In this document: piece after piece, positions 8,504-17,385 of the stretch
Position numbering within the stretch: position 1 is the first letter of the stretch
Layout of the letters: every line of letters begins with the position of its first letter
Assembly: GCA_017540455.1 (NCBI GenBank)
Contig: JAFYAZ010000010.1
Span: forward strand, 1 to 54,990
DNA: 54,990 nt
Origin: Bacilli bacterium
GTDB taxonomy: Bacteria; Bacillota_I; Bacilli_A; RFN20; CAG-826
Reading direction: 5' to 3'
Position numbers and translations under genes: made by a program
Notes under the pieces: generated by a model
Seen by the model: only the letters and a program-made list of their open reading frames with translations
Told to the model about the DNA's origin: nothing
The model's database searches: none

Positions 8504-10387
8504 ATGGCATTCGGAATTCTTTACGATTTCTTAATGGGACAAAGCATTGAGGCCTATCGTTTCTTCGGCGCTCACTTCGAGAAAAGAGGCACCAACACTG
8601 GTGTTGTCTTTAGGTTATACGCCCCTTTGGCTGAGGATGTCTCCGTCATCGGCGACTGGAACGGATGGGACTTCACCCACGACAAGATGAAGCGCATCGA
8701 CGATTCAGGAACCTGGGAGATCTTCATCCCATCTTTACACAATTACCAAGGCTACAAATACCATTTCAAGAACGCCAAAGGCGTCTATGTCGACAAGGCC
8801 GATCCTTTCGCCTTCTATAGCGAGATGCGCCCAATGACCGCCTCCCGTCTCTTCGATATCGAGAACTTCGCCTGGCATGACGAAGAATGGTTACAGACTA
8901 GAACCCGCAACTTCGACACCCCGATGTCCATCTATGAGATGCATATCGGAAGCTGGAAAGGCAAGATAGGGGACCGTTTCCCTTCTTATGAAGAGGTCGC
9001 CGATTACCTCATTCCTTATTTAAAGGAAACGGGATACACCCACGTTGAGATAATGCCGATCACCCAATACCCATTTGATGGCTCTTGGGGTTATCAGGCA
9101 ACCGGTTTCTATAGCGTTGATTCGAGATACGGAAACCCATTCCAATTGATGTCGTTCGTCGACCGCATGCACCAAGCGGGTTTCGGAGTCATCCTTGATT
9201 TCGCGCCTGTGCATTTCGCTAACGACGCGTTTGCCCTTAGGGAATACGATGGCTCCTGCCTTTTCGAATATAGCGACCCAGCCCACACCTTCAGTCAGTG
9301 GGGCTCTTGCATGTTCGATTTAGGAAAAGACCCAGTCCGTTCATTCCTCATGTCAGCGATGAACTATTTCCTCGACTATTTCCATTTCGACGGAATCAGA
9401 TGCGACGCCGTCTCCAATATTCTTTTCTGGGATGGCGACAAGAACAAAGGCGAGAACCATGGCGCCACCGAGTTCTTGAAAAGGCTCAATGGCAAGATCC
9501 ATTATGCCCATCCAAGCGTCATGATGATCGCTGAGGACTCAACCGATTTCCAAGGCGTCACCAAACCTGTCGAATATGGCGGCTTAGGTTTCGATTATAA
9601 ATGGGACCTTGGCTGGATGAACGACACTCTCAAGTACTATTCGAAAGACCCGATATATAAGAAGTGGGAGCATAACAAGATCACCTTCTCGATGGCCTAT
9701 TTCTGGAGCGAGAATTTCCTCCTTCCTCTTAGCCACGACGAAGTCGTCCATGGCAAAGGCACCCTTCTTAACAAGATGTCAGGGGATTATGAGACGAAAT
9801 TCGCTCTCTTAAGGAATCTTCTGACTTATCAATTCGCTCACCCTGGAAAGAAGCTCAACTTCATGGGCAACGAGCTCGCCTCATTCGACGAATGGAATGA
9901 GGACCGCTCCCTCCCATGGGTTCTTTTGACCTTCCCTAAACATGACTCCGTAAGAAGGCTCATGAGGGACCTTAACCTTATTTATAGGGCGGAAAAAGCC
10001 ATGCATTTTCAGGAGTATAACCCATGCCATTACGCGTGGACGATGGTCGACAACGCCGATCAAAGCGTATTCGCTTTTGAAAGAAACGTCGGCGAGAGCG
10101 ACCTTCTCTTCGTCTTCAACATGACCCCGAACTATTACGAGAATTACGATGTCGGAGTCAATAACGCAGGCGAATGGTTTGAGCTTTTCAATAGCGACAA
10201 AGATGTCTATGGAGGCAACGACCAATACAACGGACTTAATGTGTCGACTTATCCTGGCGGGCCGGAAAACCGACCATACCACGTAACCATAAAACTCGGG
10301 AGTTACGCCGCTCTTATCCTTAAGAGGATAGTCAAGACTACTCACGAGACCAAAAAGAAAGGAAGCAATAAACATGTTCGAAAATAA
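8504..10387 (+). CDS. glgB: 1,4-alpha-glucan branching enzyme
   Basis: GH13 conserved regions FHFDGIRCDAV, MMIAEDST and PLSHDEVVHGKG. AAGGAAG SD. Confidence 0.95.
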   Translation: MAFGILYDFLMGQSIEAYRFFGAHFEKRGTNTGVVFRLYAPLAEDVSVIGDWNGWDFTHDKMKRIDDSGTWEIFIPSLHNYQGYKYHFKNAKGVYVDKADPFAFYSEMRPMTASRLFDIENFAWHDEEWLQTRTRNFDTPMSIYEMHIGSWKGKIGDRFPSYEEVADYLIPYLKETGYTHVEIMPITQYPFDGSWGYQATGFYSVDSRYGNPFQLMSFVDRMHQAGFGVILDFAPVHFANDAFALREYDGSCLFEYSDPAHTFSQWGSCMFDLGKDPVRSFLMSAMNYFLDYFHFDGIRCDAVSNILFWDGDKNKGENHGATEFLKRLNGKIHYAHPSVMMIAEDSTDFQGVTKPVEYGGLGFDYKWDLGWMNDTLKYYSKDPIYKKWEHNKITFSMAYFWSENFLLPLSHDEVVHGKGTLLNKMSGDYETKFALLRNLLTYQFAHPGKKLNFMGNELASFDEWNEDRSLPWVLLTFPKHDSVRRLMRDLNLIYRAEKAMHFQEYNPCHYAWTMVDNADQSVFAFERNVGESDLLFVFNMTPNYYENYDVGVNNAGEWFELFNSDKDVYGGNDQYNGLNVSTYPGGPENRPYHVTIKLGSYAALILKRIVKTTHETKKKGSNKHVRK

Positions 10388-12788
10388 AGAAGAATTCAAA
10401 AAAGAATATGAACGCAGAATCGCCGAAACCTTCGGCAGAACCGTCTCGGATTCACATATCACCGAGCAATTTGAGGTCTTAGGTGAGATGGTCCGCGATT
10501 ACGGTGGACTCAACTGGAGAAACTGCCGCGAAGACTTACTTCACTCTGACAAAAGGCAGTGCATCTATTTCTCGATGGAATTCCTCATCGGAAGGCTCAT
10601 GCTCAACAACATGCAAAACCTTGGCATCTACAAGGTCGCCAAAGAAGGCTTAGCCGATTTCGGAATCAACATCGATGACCTTGAAGAACTCGAACCAGAT
10701 GCTGGCTTAGGCAATGGTGGTTTGGGAAGACTTGCCGCCTGTTTCTTAGACAGCGCCGCATCTTTAGGACTTCCGTTACACGGAAACACCATCCGTTACG
10801 AATACGGTTTCTTCCGTCAGAAATTCGTTAATGGCGCCCAAACCGAGCTTCCTGATCAATGGCTTTCCAATGGCTTCGTCTTCGAAGTCCGTCACCCAAA
10901 GCATGCCGTCGAGGTCAAATTCGGCGGAAGCGCTGAGACATACATGAAAGAAAACGGGGAATACGCTCTCCGCACCGTCAACGCGACCTGCGTCAGAGCC
11001 GTCCCGTATGACGTCTCCGTCGTCGGCTATAGGAATGGAGTGGCCAACACCCTTCGCCTTTGGTCGGCTGAGCCAAGCGAAGAGAACCTCCCAACCGAGA
11101 TGAGCTTCAACGACTATCTCTCAACCCTTAAGGAACTCTCATTCGGTCTTTACCCAGACGATTCGACTGAGAAAGGCAGAATGCTTAGGCTCCGTCAGCA
11201 ATATTTCCTCGTCTCCGCCGGACTTCAGTCCGTCATGAGAGGCGAATTTAGAAGATACAACACCCTCGACCATCTTGCCGAACACTATGTGTTCCAGCTC
11301 AATGACACCCACCCAATCCTCGCTATCCCTGAGATGATGAGGCTCATGATGGATGAATATGGCTATGGCTGGGATGAGGCTTGGGCGACCGTTCAGAAAT
11401 CGATTGCCTACACCAACCACACCGTCATGCCTGAGGCCCTTGAGAAGTGGCCGGTCCAGTACGTCCAGACCCTTGTCCCAAGGGTTTACATGATCATCGA
11501 GGAGATCAACCGTCGCTTCAACGCCTATATGGCCGAGAAGGGAATCTCCTATGATGAGCAATACCAGATGAGCATCATCAGAGACGGCCAGATTCATATG
11601 ACGAACATGGCCATCTACGCCGGTTTCAGCGTCAATGGCGTCGCCAAAATCCACACTGGTATTCTTAAGGAATACACCTTCAAGCATTTCTATGAGCTCT
11701 TCCCAGAGAAGTTCAATAACAAGACCAACGGCGTCACCCATCGTCGCTGGCTCCTAAATAGCAACGAAGAATTGGCCAACCTCATCACCGAAAAGATCGG
11801 TGATTCCTGGATCAAACATCCAGAAGAGCTTGAGAAGTTTAAGAAATTCGACACCGATAAAGATGTCCAAAAGAGAATCATGGACATCAAGCATAAGAAC
11901 AAGGTGAAGTTCGCTAGGTACGTTCAGGACAAATACAACATCACCCTTGACCCAGACGCCATCTTCGACGTCCAAATCAAGAGGCTTCACGCCTATAAAC
12001 GTCAGCTCCTTAACCTTTTCCATATCATGCTCAATTACCTCCGAATCAAAGAAAACCCAAGCGGTTTCCATATGGAAAAGCACGTCTATGTCTTCGGCGC
12101 GAAGGCCGCTCCAAGCTACGAATATGCCAAGCGCATCATCGAGCTTATCCTTGCCGTTGCGGCGGTGGTCAACAACGACAAAGACGCGAACAAGTTCATG
12201 AAGATCATCTTCGTTGAGAATTATGGCGTCACTCTTGCCGAGAAGATCATCCCAGCCGCCGATGTCTCCGAGCAGATCTCGACCGCCGGCAAAGAAGCCT
12301 CTGGCACCTCGAACATGAAACTCATGATGAATGGCGCCATCACCCTTGGCACCTTAGACGGCGCGAACATCGAAATCGCCGACAGAGCCGGAAGAGAAAA
12401 CGAGGTCATCTTCGGCCTTACCGCTGAAGAAGTACAGAAGATCAACGATGAGCATTCCTATAACCCATGGGACATCTATGAGAATAGCGAAGAAGTGAGA
12501 GCCGTCATGGATTCCCTCTTCAATGGTCCTTGGGCTTTAAGGGCGCATGACCGCTTCCGCCTCATCTTTGATGAGATCATGAACCATGGCGACCAGTACT
12601 TCATCCTCGCTGACTTCGACGCTTACGACAAAGCCTGCCAGAAAGTCGACGAATTCTATAAGGACAAAGAAAGATGGGCCAAGGCCGCGATCGACAACAT
12701 CGCCATGAGCGGTGCCTTCTCTAGCGACCGCACCATCGAGGAATACAACCGCGACATCTGGCATCTTAGCCCTTTTGAGGTGAAATAA
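10374..12788 (+). CDS. glgP: glycogen/maltodextrin phosphorylase
   Basis: GNGGLGRLAACFLDS and the PLP-lysine motif EASGTSNMKLMMNGA. Overlaps the glgB stop by 14 nt. Confidence 0.95.
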   Translation: MFENKEEFKKEYERRIAETFGRTVSDSHITEQFEVLGEMVRDYGGLNWRNCREDLLHSDKRQCIYFSMEFLIGRLMLNNMQNLGIYKVAKEGLADFGINIDDLEELEPDAGLGNGGLGRLAACFLDSAASLGLPLHGNTIRYEYGFFRQKFVNGAQTELPDQWLSNGFVFEVRHPKHAVEVKFGGSAETYMKENGEYALRTVNATCVRAVPYDVSVVGYRNGVANTLRLWSAEPSEENLPTEMSFNDYLSTLKELSFGLYPDDSTEKGRMLRLRQQYFLVSAGLQSVMRGEFRRYNTLDHLAEHYVFQLNDTHPILAIPEMMRLMMDEYGYGWDEAWATVQKSIAYTNHTVMPEALEKWPVQYVQTLVPRVYMIIEEINRRFNAYMAEKGISYDEQYQMSIIRDGQIHMTNMAIYAGFSVNGVAKIHTGILKEYTFKHFYELFPEKFNNKTNGVTHRRWLLNSNEELANLITEKIGDSWIKHPEELEKFKKFDTDKDVQKRIMDIKHKNKVKFARYVQDKYNITLDPDAIFDVQIKRLHAYKRQLLNLFHIMLNYLRIKENPSGFHMEKHVYVFGAKAAPSYEYAKRIIELILAVAAVVNNDKDANKFMKIIFVENYGVTLAEKIIPAADVSEQISTAGKEASGTSNMKLMMNGAITLGTLDGANIEIADRAGRENEVIFGLTAEEVQKINDEHSYNPWDIYENSEEVRAVMDSLFNGPWALRAHDRFRLIFDEIMNHGDQYFILADFDAYDKACQKVDEFYKDKERWAKAAIDNIAMSGAFSSDRTIEEYNRDIWHLSPFEVK

Positions 12789-12789
12789 T

Positions 12790-13281
12790 ATGGAACTCCA
12801 CGAACTATACCTTCTTCAGAAAGATCTCGACGCTGAGATCATGAGAAAGCACGAAGGCGTCGATTACCCGTCGACCAAAGAGAAAAGGACCCTTGCTCTT
12901 TTGGTGGAGCTTGGCGAATTCTCTAACGAAACTAGAACCTTCAAGTTCTGGTCCCTCAAAGGACCTTCCGCGAAGGAAATCGTCATGGACGAATACGCGG
13001 ATGCCATCCATTTCTTCTTGTCCCTAGGCCTTACCATCGGACTTGATTCCTTCGAGCACACCTTTGGTGGAGAGCCATTTGAGAACCTCACCGAAGCCAT
13101 CCTTGATGTCTATCAGAAAGTGGTGGAATTCTCTTACGATTATTCGAAAGAAAAGTATGAGAAAGCCTTCCACGCTTACCTCGACCTTTTGCCACGTCTA
13201 GGTTACACTGGCGAAGACATGGTTGAAGCCTACAAAAAGAAGCTTCAGGTCAATTACGTCAGACAAGAGACCCATTATTAA
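12790..13281 (+). CDS. dimeric (all-alpha) dUTPase-like protein, dUTPase_2/YncF family
   Basis: Pattern ELGEFSNETRTFKFWS...DEYADAIHFFLSLG is typical of the dimeric dUTP pyrophosphatase family. The ATG is 1 nt after the glgP stop. Confidence 0.6.
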   Translation: MELHELYLLQKDLDAEIMRKHEGVDYPSTKEKRTLALLVELGEFSNETRTFKFWSLKGPSAKEIVMDEYADAIHFFLSLGLTIGLDSFEHTFGGEPFENLTEAILDVYQKVVEFSYDYSKEKYEKAFHAYLDLLPRLGYTGEDMVEAYKKKLQVNYVRQETHY

Positions 13282-13841
13282 TGAAAAGACTTTTTCTCTT
13301 CCTCACGAAGCACGATATCGAGACCATCTCTTTTGAGAGATTCTTCCTCGATGTCTTTCCTGATGCCAAATTCACTTATTCAAACACAAAGGAAGGCTAT
13401 TTCGAGTCCGAGGAAGACAAAGTCTTTGAACTGAATCAGAAGCTTTCTCTCAACCGTGAGATGGAAATCTCTTTGGTGGTGGCGCATAGGGATTGGCCGC
13501 TAGAAAAGAAGCTTCTCCAAGAAGCCTTTGGCTATTTCCCGGGCCAATGCGTCTATCTAACCGACGTCATCATGAAGGAACTTACCTTTGGTAATTTCTC
13601 CTCAATCCCTCTCCTTAGCTCGGAATTCAGGCACATCAACAAAGAGCTCATGTCGACCGCAGGAACCTTCCTCCGTTCAGGCTTAAATGGTCTTAGGACC
13701 GCTGAAGCGGAAAACATCCATAGGAACACCTTCAATTACAGGCTCAATAGATTCATCGAACTCACGGGCCTAGACATACGCGATTACCATAACGCTTTGC
13801 TTCTAGAGCTCTACTTCCAACTCGCTTCAAACGGACGATAA
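13281..13841 (+). CDS. PucR/CdaR-type C-terminal HTH domain protein
   Basis: The C-terminal stretch AEAENIHRNTFNYRLNRFIELTGLDIRDYHNALLLEL resembles the PucR_C HTH. The start overlaps the preceding stop (TAATG). Confidence 0.55.
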   Translation: MKRLFLFLTKHDIETISFERFFLDVFPDAKFTYSNTKEGYFESEEDKVFELNQKLSLNREMEISLVVAHRDWPLEKKLLQEAFGYFPGQCVYLTDVIMKELTFGNFSSIPLLSSEFRHINKELMSTAGTFLRSGLNGLRTAEAENIHRNTFNYRLNRFIELTGLDIRDYHNALLLELYFQLASNGR

Positions 13842-13868
13842 AAAAGGCCCCTTATTTAGGGGTCTTTT
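13840..13868. terminator. bidirectional terminator between convergent genes
   Basis: AAAAAAGGCCCCT-TATTT-AGGGGTCTTTT: a CCCCT/AGGGG stem with an A-run before and a T-run after. Overlaps both stop codons. Confidence 0.55.
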
Positions 13869-14547
13869 GATTGAATGGCTTATTCGAGGATCTTCTTGGT
13901 TTGCCATAAGGCTTTTTGCTGAAGGCTTTCTTTCCGCCGAAGGATTTCCTTGCTGGTTTTCCTTCTTTGAAGCTGTCCTCTTTCTTTTTAAATGTGCGTT
14001 TTGCAGGGGATTTTGCTTTTTTGAATGGCTTTTTCTCGCCTTCTTCTTTCTTCGCGAAAGGACGCTTGGCGACATGCTTGCTCTTCTGCATGCCTTTCTT
14101 TTTCTTCTCTTCTGGGACGAGGAAGTCGAGGGCGTCGGTATCGGCGTAGACCTTAATGCCATCGGCGATGAGGGCTCTAGCGGTCAGGCCAAGTCCTTCG
14201 ATTATGTTGTTCTTGAAGGAGCCATCGTGGATGGTGCGGGAGCCACAGGATGGGCTTCTATCTTTAAGGATAGCGATCTTGATTCCGAAGAAGTGGCAGA
14301 GGCTCACGGCCTTCTTCGCTCCTTCGATGTATTGTTTGGTGCAGTCTTTGCCGGATTCGGTTAGCACAGCGTTATTGACGATCTCGCAAGCTTCTCTTGG
14401 TATAGGGAGTCCGCCTTCGACCTCAGGGCAGAAAGGGACGACGTCATAATGTCTCTTGAGTCTTTCGATGAAAGGGAAAGAATTGTCTTTTCCGTCGAAT
14501 CTGGTTTTCTGGCCGCAAAGGCAGGCGCTTACAAGGATCTTTTCCAT
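13852..14547 (-). CDS. DUF523/TudS-family [4Fe-4S] thiouracil/4-thiouridine desulfidase-like protein with ~86-aa lysine-rich C-terminal tail
   Basis: The N-terminal ~145 aa carry the three family Cys motifs (VSACLCGQKTRFDG, VPFCPEVEGGLP, DRSPSCGS). The C-terminus is KKKKGMQKSKHVAKRPFAKKEEGEKKPFKKAKSPAKRTFKKKEDSFKEGKPARKSFGGKKAFSKKPYGKPRRSSNKPFNQKTPK. Confidence 0.75.
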   Translation of the reverse strand: MEKILVSACLCGQKTRFDGKDNSFPFIERLKRHYDVVPFCPEVEGGLPIPREACEIVNNAVLTESGKDCTKQYIEGAKKAVSLCHFFGIKIAILKDRSPSCGSRTIHDGSFKNNIIEGLGLTARALIADGIKVYADTDALDFLVPEEKKKKGMQKSKHVAKRPFAKKEEGEKKPFKKAKSPAKRTFKKKEDSFKEGKPARKSFGGKKAFSKKPYGKPRRSSNKPFNQKTPK

Positions 14548-14630
14548 ACGTTAGGTAGTCTATTCCATTTGCTTCGAGTTTGCATTACTCAAAGTGCAGT
14601 GAATTATAAATTGTTTTATAATTGGGCACA

Positions 14631-15263
14631 ATGAAAAAGAGACGATTCGCTGGCAGTTTGAACAAATATCAGATTGGGGATGAGTCTTTTGACGTTGAGA
14701 TTAGGCTTTCTCCTTATCGGAGGACGACTTCCTTGACCCTAAGGAAGAATGGCTTCGTCTGCAACGCCCCAAAAGCCCTCCCGAGAGAGAAGATCGACTC
14801 TTTCATCGTTGCCTCGATCCCAAAGATCATGAAGAAGGTCAAAGCAAAGCCTCTCCCAATTGAAGGGGATGACCTCTATATCTACGGAAAAAAAGAGCAC
14901 ATCGAAGGTTTCTCCTCTTGGTCCAAGCCGAAAAGGAACAAATATCTAAAGGATATTCTTCTCCCTTATGTGACTGAGATGACCCGTTTCTATTCGGAGA
15001 AGATGGGCATCAAGGAAGCTTATTCCGTGAAGTGCAGAGACTGCCATTCCGTCTATGGCGTGAACCACCGGAAAACGGCATCGATCACCTATTCTTTGAA
15101 CCTCGTCCATTACGACAAACACATCATCGATTCGGTCATTTTCCATGAACTTGCTCATTATTTTGTTTTGGGCCATAGCAAAAAATTCTATAAGATACTC
15201 TTAGGAGTTGCCCCTGATTACTGGGACAGCCGGAAAAAACTCATCAACAACGTCTATGCTTGA
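14631..15263 (+). CDS. YgjP-like metal-dependent hydrolase (DUF45/M48-like, HExxH)
   Basis: C-terminal IFHELAHYFVLGHSKKFYKILLGVAPDYW is the DUF45 zinc motif. I prefer the ATG at 14631 over the track's TTG at 14622. Confidence 0.7.
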   Translation: MKKRRFAGSLNKYQIGDESFDVEIRLSPYRRTTSLTLRKNGFVCNAPKALPREKIDSFIVASIPKIMKKVKAKPLPIEGDDLYIYGKKEHIEGFSSWSKPKRNKYLKDILLPYVTEMTRFYSEKMGIKEAYSVKCRDCHSVYGVNHRKTASITYSLNLVHYDKHIIDSVIFHELAHYFVLGHSKKFYKILLGVAPDYWDSRKKLINNVYA

Positions 15264-15984
15264 AAAGATAACCTCCCTCACAAACCCAAAGATCAAAAAC
15301 GTCGCCAAAGCGCTTGACGCCAAAGGCGATTATTTCGTCGTCGAGGGATTCCATATGGTCGAGATGGCCTTGAATAAAGGCGTAGTGGAATCAATCTTCA
15401 CAACTGGCAAGACCATGAAGACGAACCTCCCGCAATATCTCATAACCGAGCCGATTCTTAAGAAAATCACTTTCAGCAAAACCCCAGAAGGGATAGTGGC
15501 CCTTTGCAGAAAGAGCCTTCATTCCCCAATCAAGAATGACCATGTTTTGTATCTAGAGAACGTCAGAGACCCAGGCAACCTCGGTACCCTTTTAAGGTCC
15601 GCCTTAGCGTTCCATTTCTATGACGTCGTTCTCTCCAAAGGCTGCGCTGAGGTATATTCGCCTAAGGTCCTTATGGCCTCGCAAGGTGCTATCTTCTACC
15701 TCAATGTCAGACAAAGCGAAAACGCCTCATCTTTCGATGATCTCAAAGAACTCAAGAACAAAGGCTATCACATCCTTGGAACCGATTTAGCCTCTTCAAA
15801 ACCATTAAAATCCCTGCAAATCCCGTCTAAAATAGCTCTCCTATTAGGAAACGAAGGCCAAGGCCTTTCCAAAGAAGCGATTGAATTCGCCGACCAAAAC
15901 GTCCGCATCGAGATGGATGGGATCGATTCCCTTAACGTCGGCGTCGCCGGTGGAATCATCATGTATGAGGCTTCCTTAAAATGA
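15256..15984 (+). CDS. SpoU/TrmH-family RNA 2'-O-methyltransferase
   Basis: SPOUT motifs VRDPGNLGTLLRSA, LLLGNEGQGLS and SLNVGVAGGIIMYE. The ATG at 15256 overlaps the upstream stop (ATGCTTGA). The track's TTG at 15208 is unlikely. Confidence 0.85.
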   Translation: MLEKITSLTNPKIKNVAKALDAKGDYFVVEGFHMVEMALNKGVVESIFTTGKTMKTNLPQYLITEPILKKITFSKTPEGIVALCRKSLHSPIKNDHVLYLENVRDPGNLGTLLRSALAFHFYDVVLSKGCAEVYSPKVLMASQGAIFYLNVRQSENASSFDDLKELKNKGYHILGTDLASSKPLKSLQIPSKIALLLGNEGQGLSKEAIEFADQNVRIEMDGIDSLNVGVAGGIIMYEASLK

Positions 15985-17108
15985 AACGCAAAAGCATTCT
16001 CTTTTTTGCTTCCGTTCTCGCTTTAGGCGCATGTGCGAACCCGCCTCAAGAATCCTCCTCTCAAGCCGACACTTGGGTCGAGGTTAAGGATTCGGATAAG
16101 GTTTTCGGATTCCTTGACGAAGACATAAAACCGATTCTCCTCGACGACAAGCAAGAGGCAACCATCAAACAAAAGGGTGATAAACCTCTTTTCGCCATGG
16201 ATTTTGAAACCGGTGGCGATCTTTCTTTTTCCTCGGAAGAGCCTTCTTCGAATAGCGAACTCAAACCTTATAGGATCGAGTTCTTTGGCGAGGCTTCGAC
16301 CAAAGCCTTTGGCCTAACAAAGGAGCACGAATTCAAAACGGAAACGCACTTTGAGAACGCCAAAGTCTCTCTTTCCTCAAAAGGGGAAGATCTCACTTCA
16401 ATCACCCAGACATTCAGCACATATATCGCCGAGACCAAGAAAAGCAGCGATCCTCTTGAATACGAACAAGGCCTCTATCTCGACCTCTCTCACGCCAAAT
16501 TGACCAGAATCATCTTTGAGGAAGCTTTTGGGGAAGGAACCGTCTTGGAAGACAGAATCTTCATCGACCTTTCTTCGAACTGGTCTAGCTTTGCCCCTCT
16601 TTTCCCGCTTGTCGATGTCTTGGATGGGGCACGCCCATATTTCATAGATGCCCTCAAGGATAGGTATAGCAACAAGAAGCTCTCACTTAAGACGGACGAA
16701 AAAGGGCATTATTCCTTATTCGCCAGTATCGAAAGCAAAGAAGATTTCGCCGATTTGGTGAAAGACCCTCTCGATAAACTTTTTGATCGATATGTGGATA
16801 TCGCCTCGGTCAAAACCGTAGTCGATGGCTATATCGATGACGCCCTCAGAGAAATCAAATCCATCAAAGGTTCATTATCGATCCCGTTCACGGTTACAAG
16901 CATCGGCGACATCGGCCTTGAGCTCAACGTCGAGATGAACGAGAAAAAGAAAACGGATTCATCAGAGGCGGAGGATTCTTCCGATTTCGCCGTCAAATCC
17001 CTTTCCTTCTCCTCGGAGATCGCCTTGTCGCACGGAAATGAAGTCGATGTTTCAGATTTCCCTAGCGACCTTCTTGATCATAACGTTTGGAAGGAATTCG
17101 AGGCATAA
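15981..17108 (+). CDS. lipoprotein, function unknown
   Basis: Signal peptide with lipobox MKRKSILFFASVLALGAC. The mature part is acidic and Ser-rich. Translationally coupled to the upstream gene (ATGA overlap). Confidence 0.8.
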   Translation: MKRKSILFFASVLALGACANPPQESSSQADTWVEVKDSDKVFGFLDEDIKPILLDDKQEATIKQKGDKPLFAMDFETGGDLSFSSEEPSSNSELKPYRIEFFGEASTKAFGLTKEHEFKTETHFENAKVSLSSKGEDLTSITQTFSTYIAETKKSSDPLEYEQGLYLDLSHAKLTRIIFEEAFGEGTVLEDRIFIDLSSNWSSFAPLFPLVDVLDGARPYFIDALKDRYSNKKLSLKTDEKGHYSLFASIESKEDFADLVKDPLDKLFDRYVDIASVKTVVDGYIDDALREIKSIKGSLSIPFTVTSIGDIGLELNVEMNEKKKTDSSEAEDSSDFAVKSLSFSSEIALSHGNEVDVSDFPSDLLDHNVWKEFEA

Positions 17109-17157
17109 GGTTCTTGTGCCTCTTTTCTTTTAGAAAAAAGAGAAATACAATTAGTTG

Positions 17158-17373
17158 TTCGTTGAAGCGGAGTAGTACCTAGGGTGCCTTCCTCATGTGG
17201 GAGAGATGGACAGAGAGACCATCTCGTCGAAGGTCTAGCGAATTCGCCGTCTGAGAACGGAGAGGAGACTCTCCCCGTCGTGGGTTATAACCAAAAAGAG
17301 ATGACACTCAAAGAGCAGTCAAAGAAGGATGGTACCGTGCGGAAGCACTCCTGACATCCTCTTTTTTATTTTT
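17158..17373 (+). promoter_or_regulatory. T-box leader (Phe specifier) upstream of pheST
   Basis: CAGAGAGACC (AGAGA box). GAA-TTC-G candidate specifier at 17243..17245. T-box sequence AAGGATGGTACCGTGCGG at ~17325..17342. Then a terminator helix (AGGATG...CATCCT) and CTTTTTTATTTTT. TACAAT -10 at 17146..17151. Confidence 0.85.
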
Positions 17374-17385
17374 AGGAGGGACATA

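Noticed and set aside
13867-14364. 165-aa + strand ORF (F/L/E-rich) and the 13916..14149 ORF opposite the TudS-like gene
   Set aside because: These are mirror images of the lysine-rich tail (AAG/AAA read as CTT/TTT). They have no SD, and the minus-strand gene carries the conserved DUF523 Cys motifs.
17109-17145. Hairpin CTCTTTT-CTTTTAGA-AAAAGAG after the lipoprotein gene as a terminator
   Set aside because: The stem is A/T-only and has no following T-run. It may contribute to termination before the pheS T-box promoter, but support is too weak to annotate.
17329-17385. N-terminal extensions given by the ORF track for pheS (17329), ileS (27341) and valS (49957). Also TTG/GTG-initiated extensions for lspA (30079), rluD (30695), tig (42423), the CBS protein (32607), trmH-like (15208), ygjP-like (14622) and nrnA (7197).
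   Set aside because: The extensions read through T-box terminators or overlap upstream genes. In each case an ATG with an SD (or a TATAAT-N6 context) lies downstream and gives an N-terminus that matches the family.
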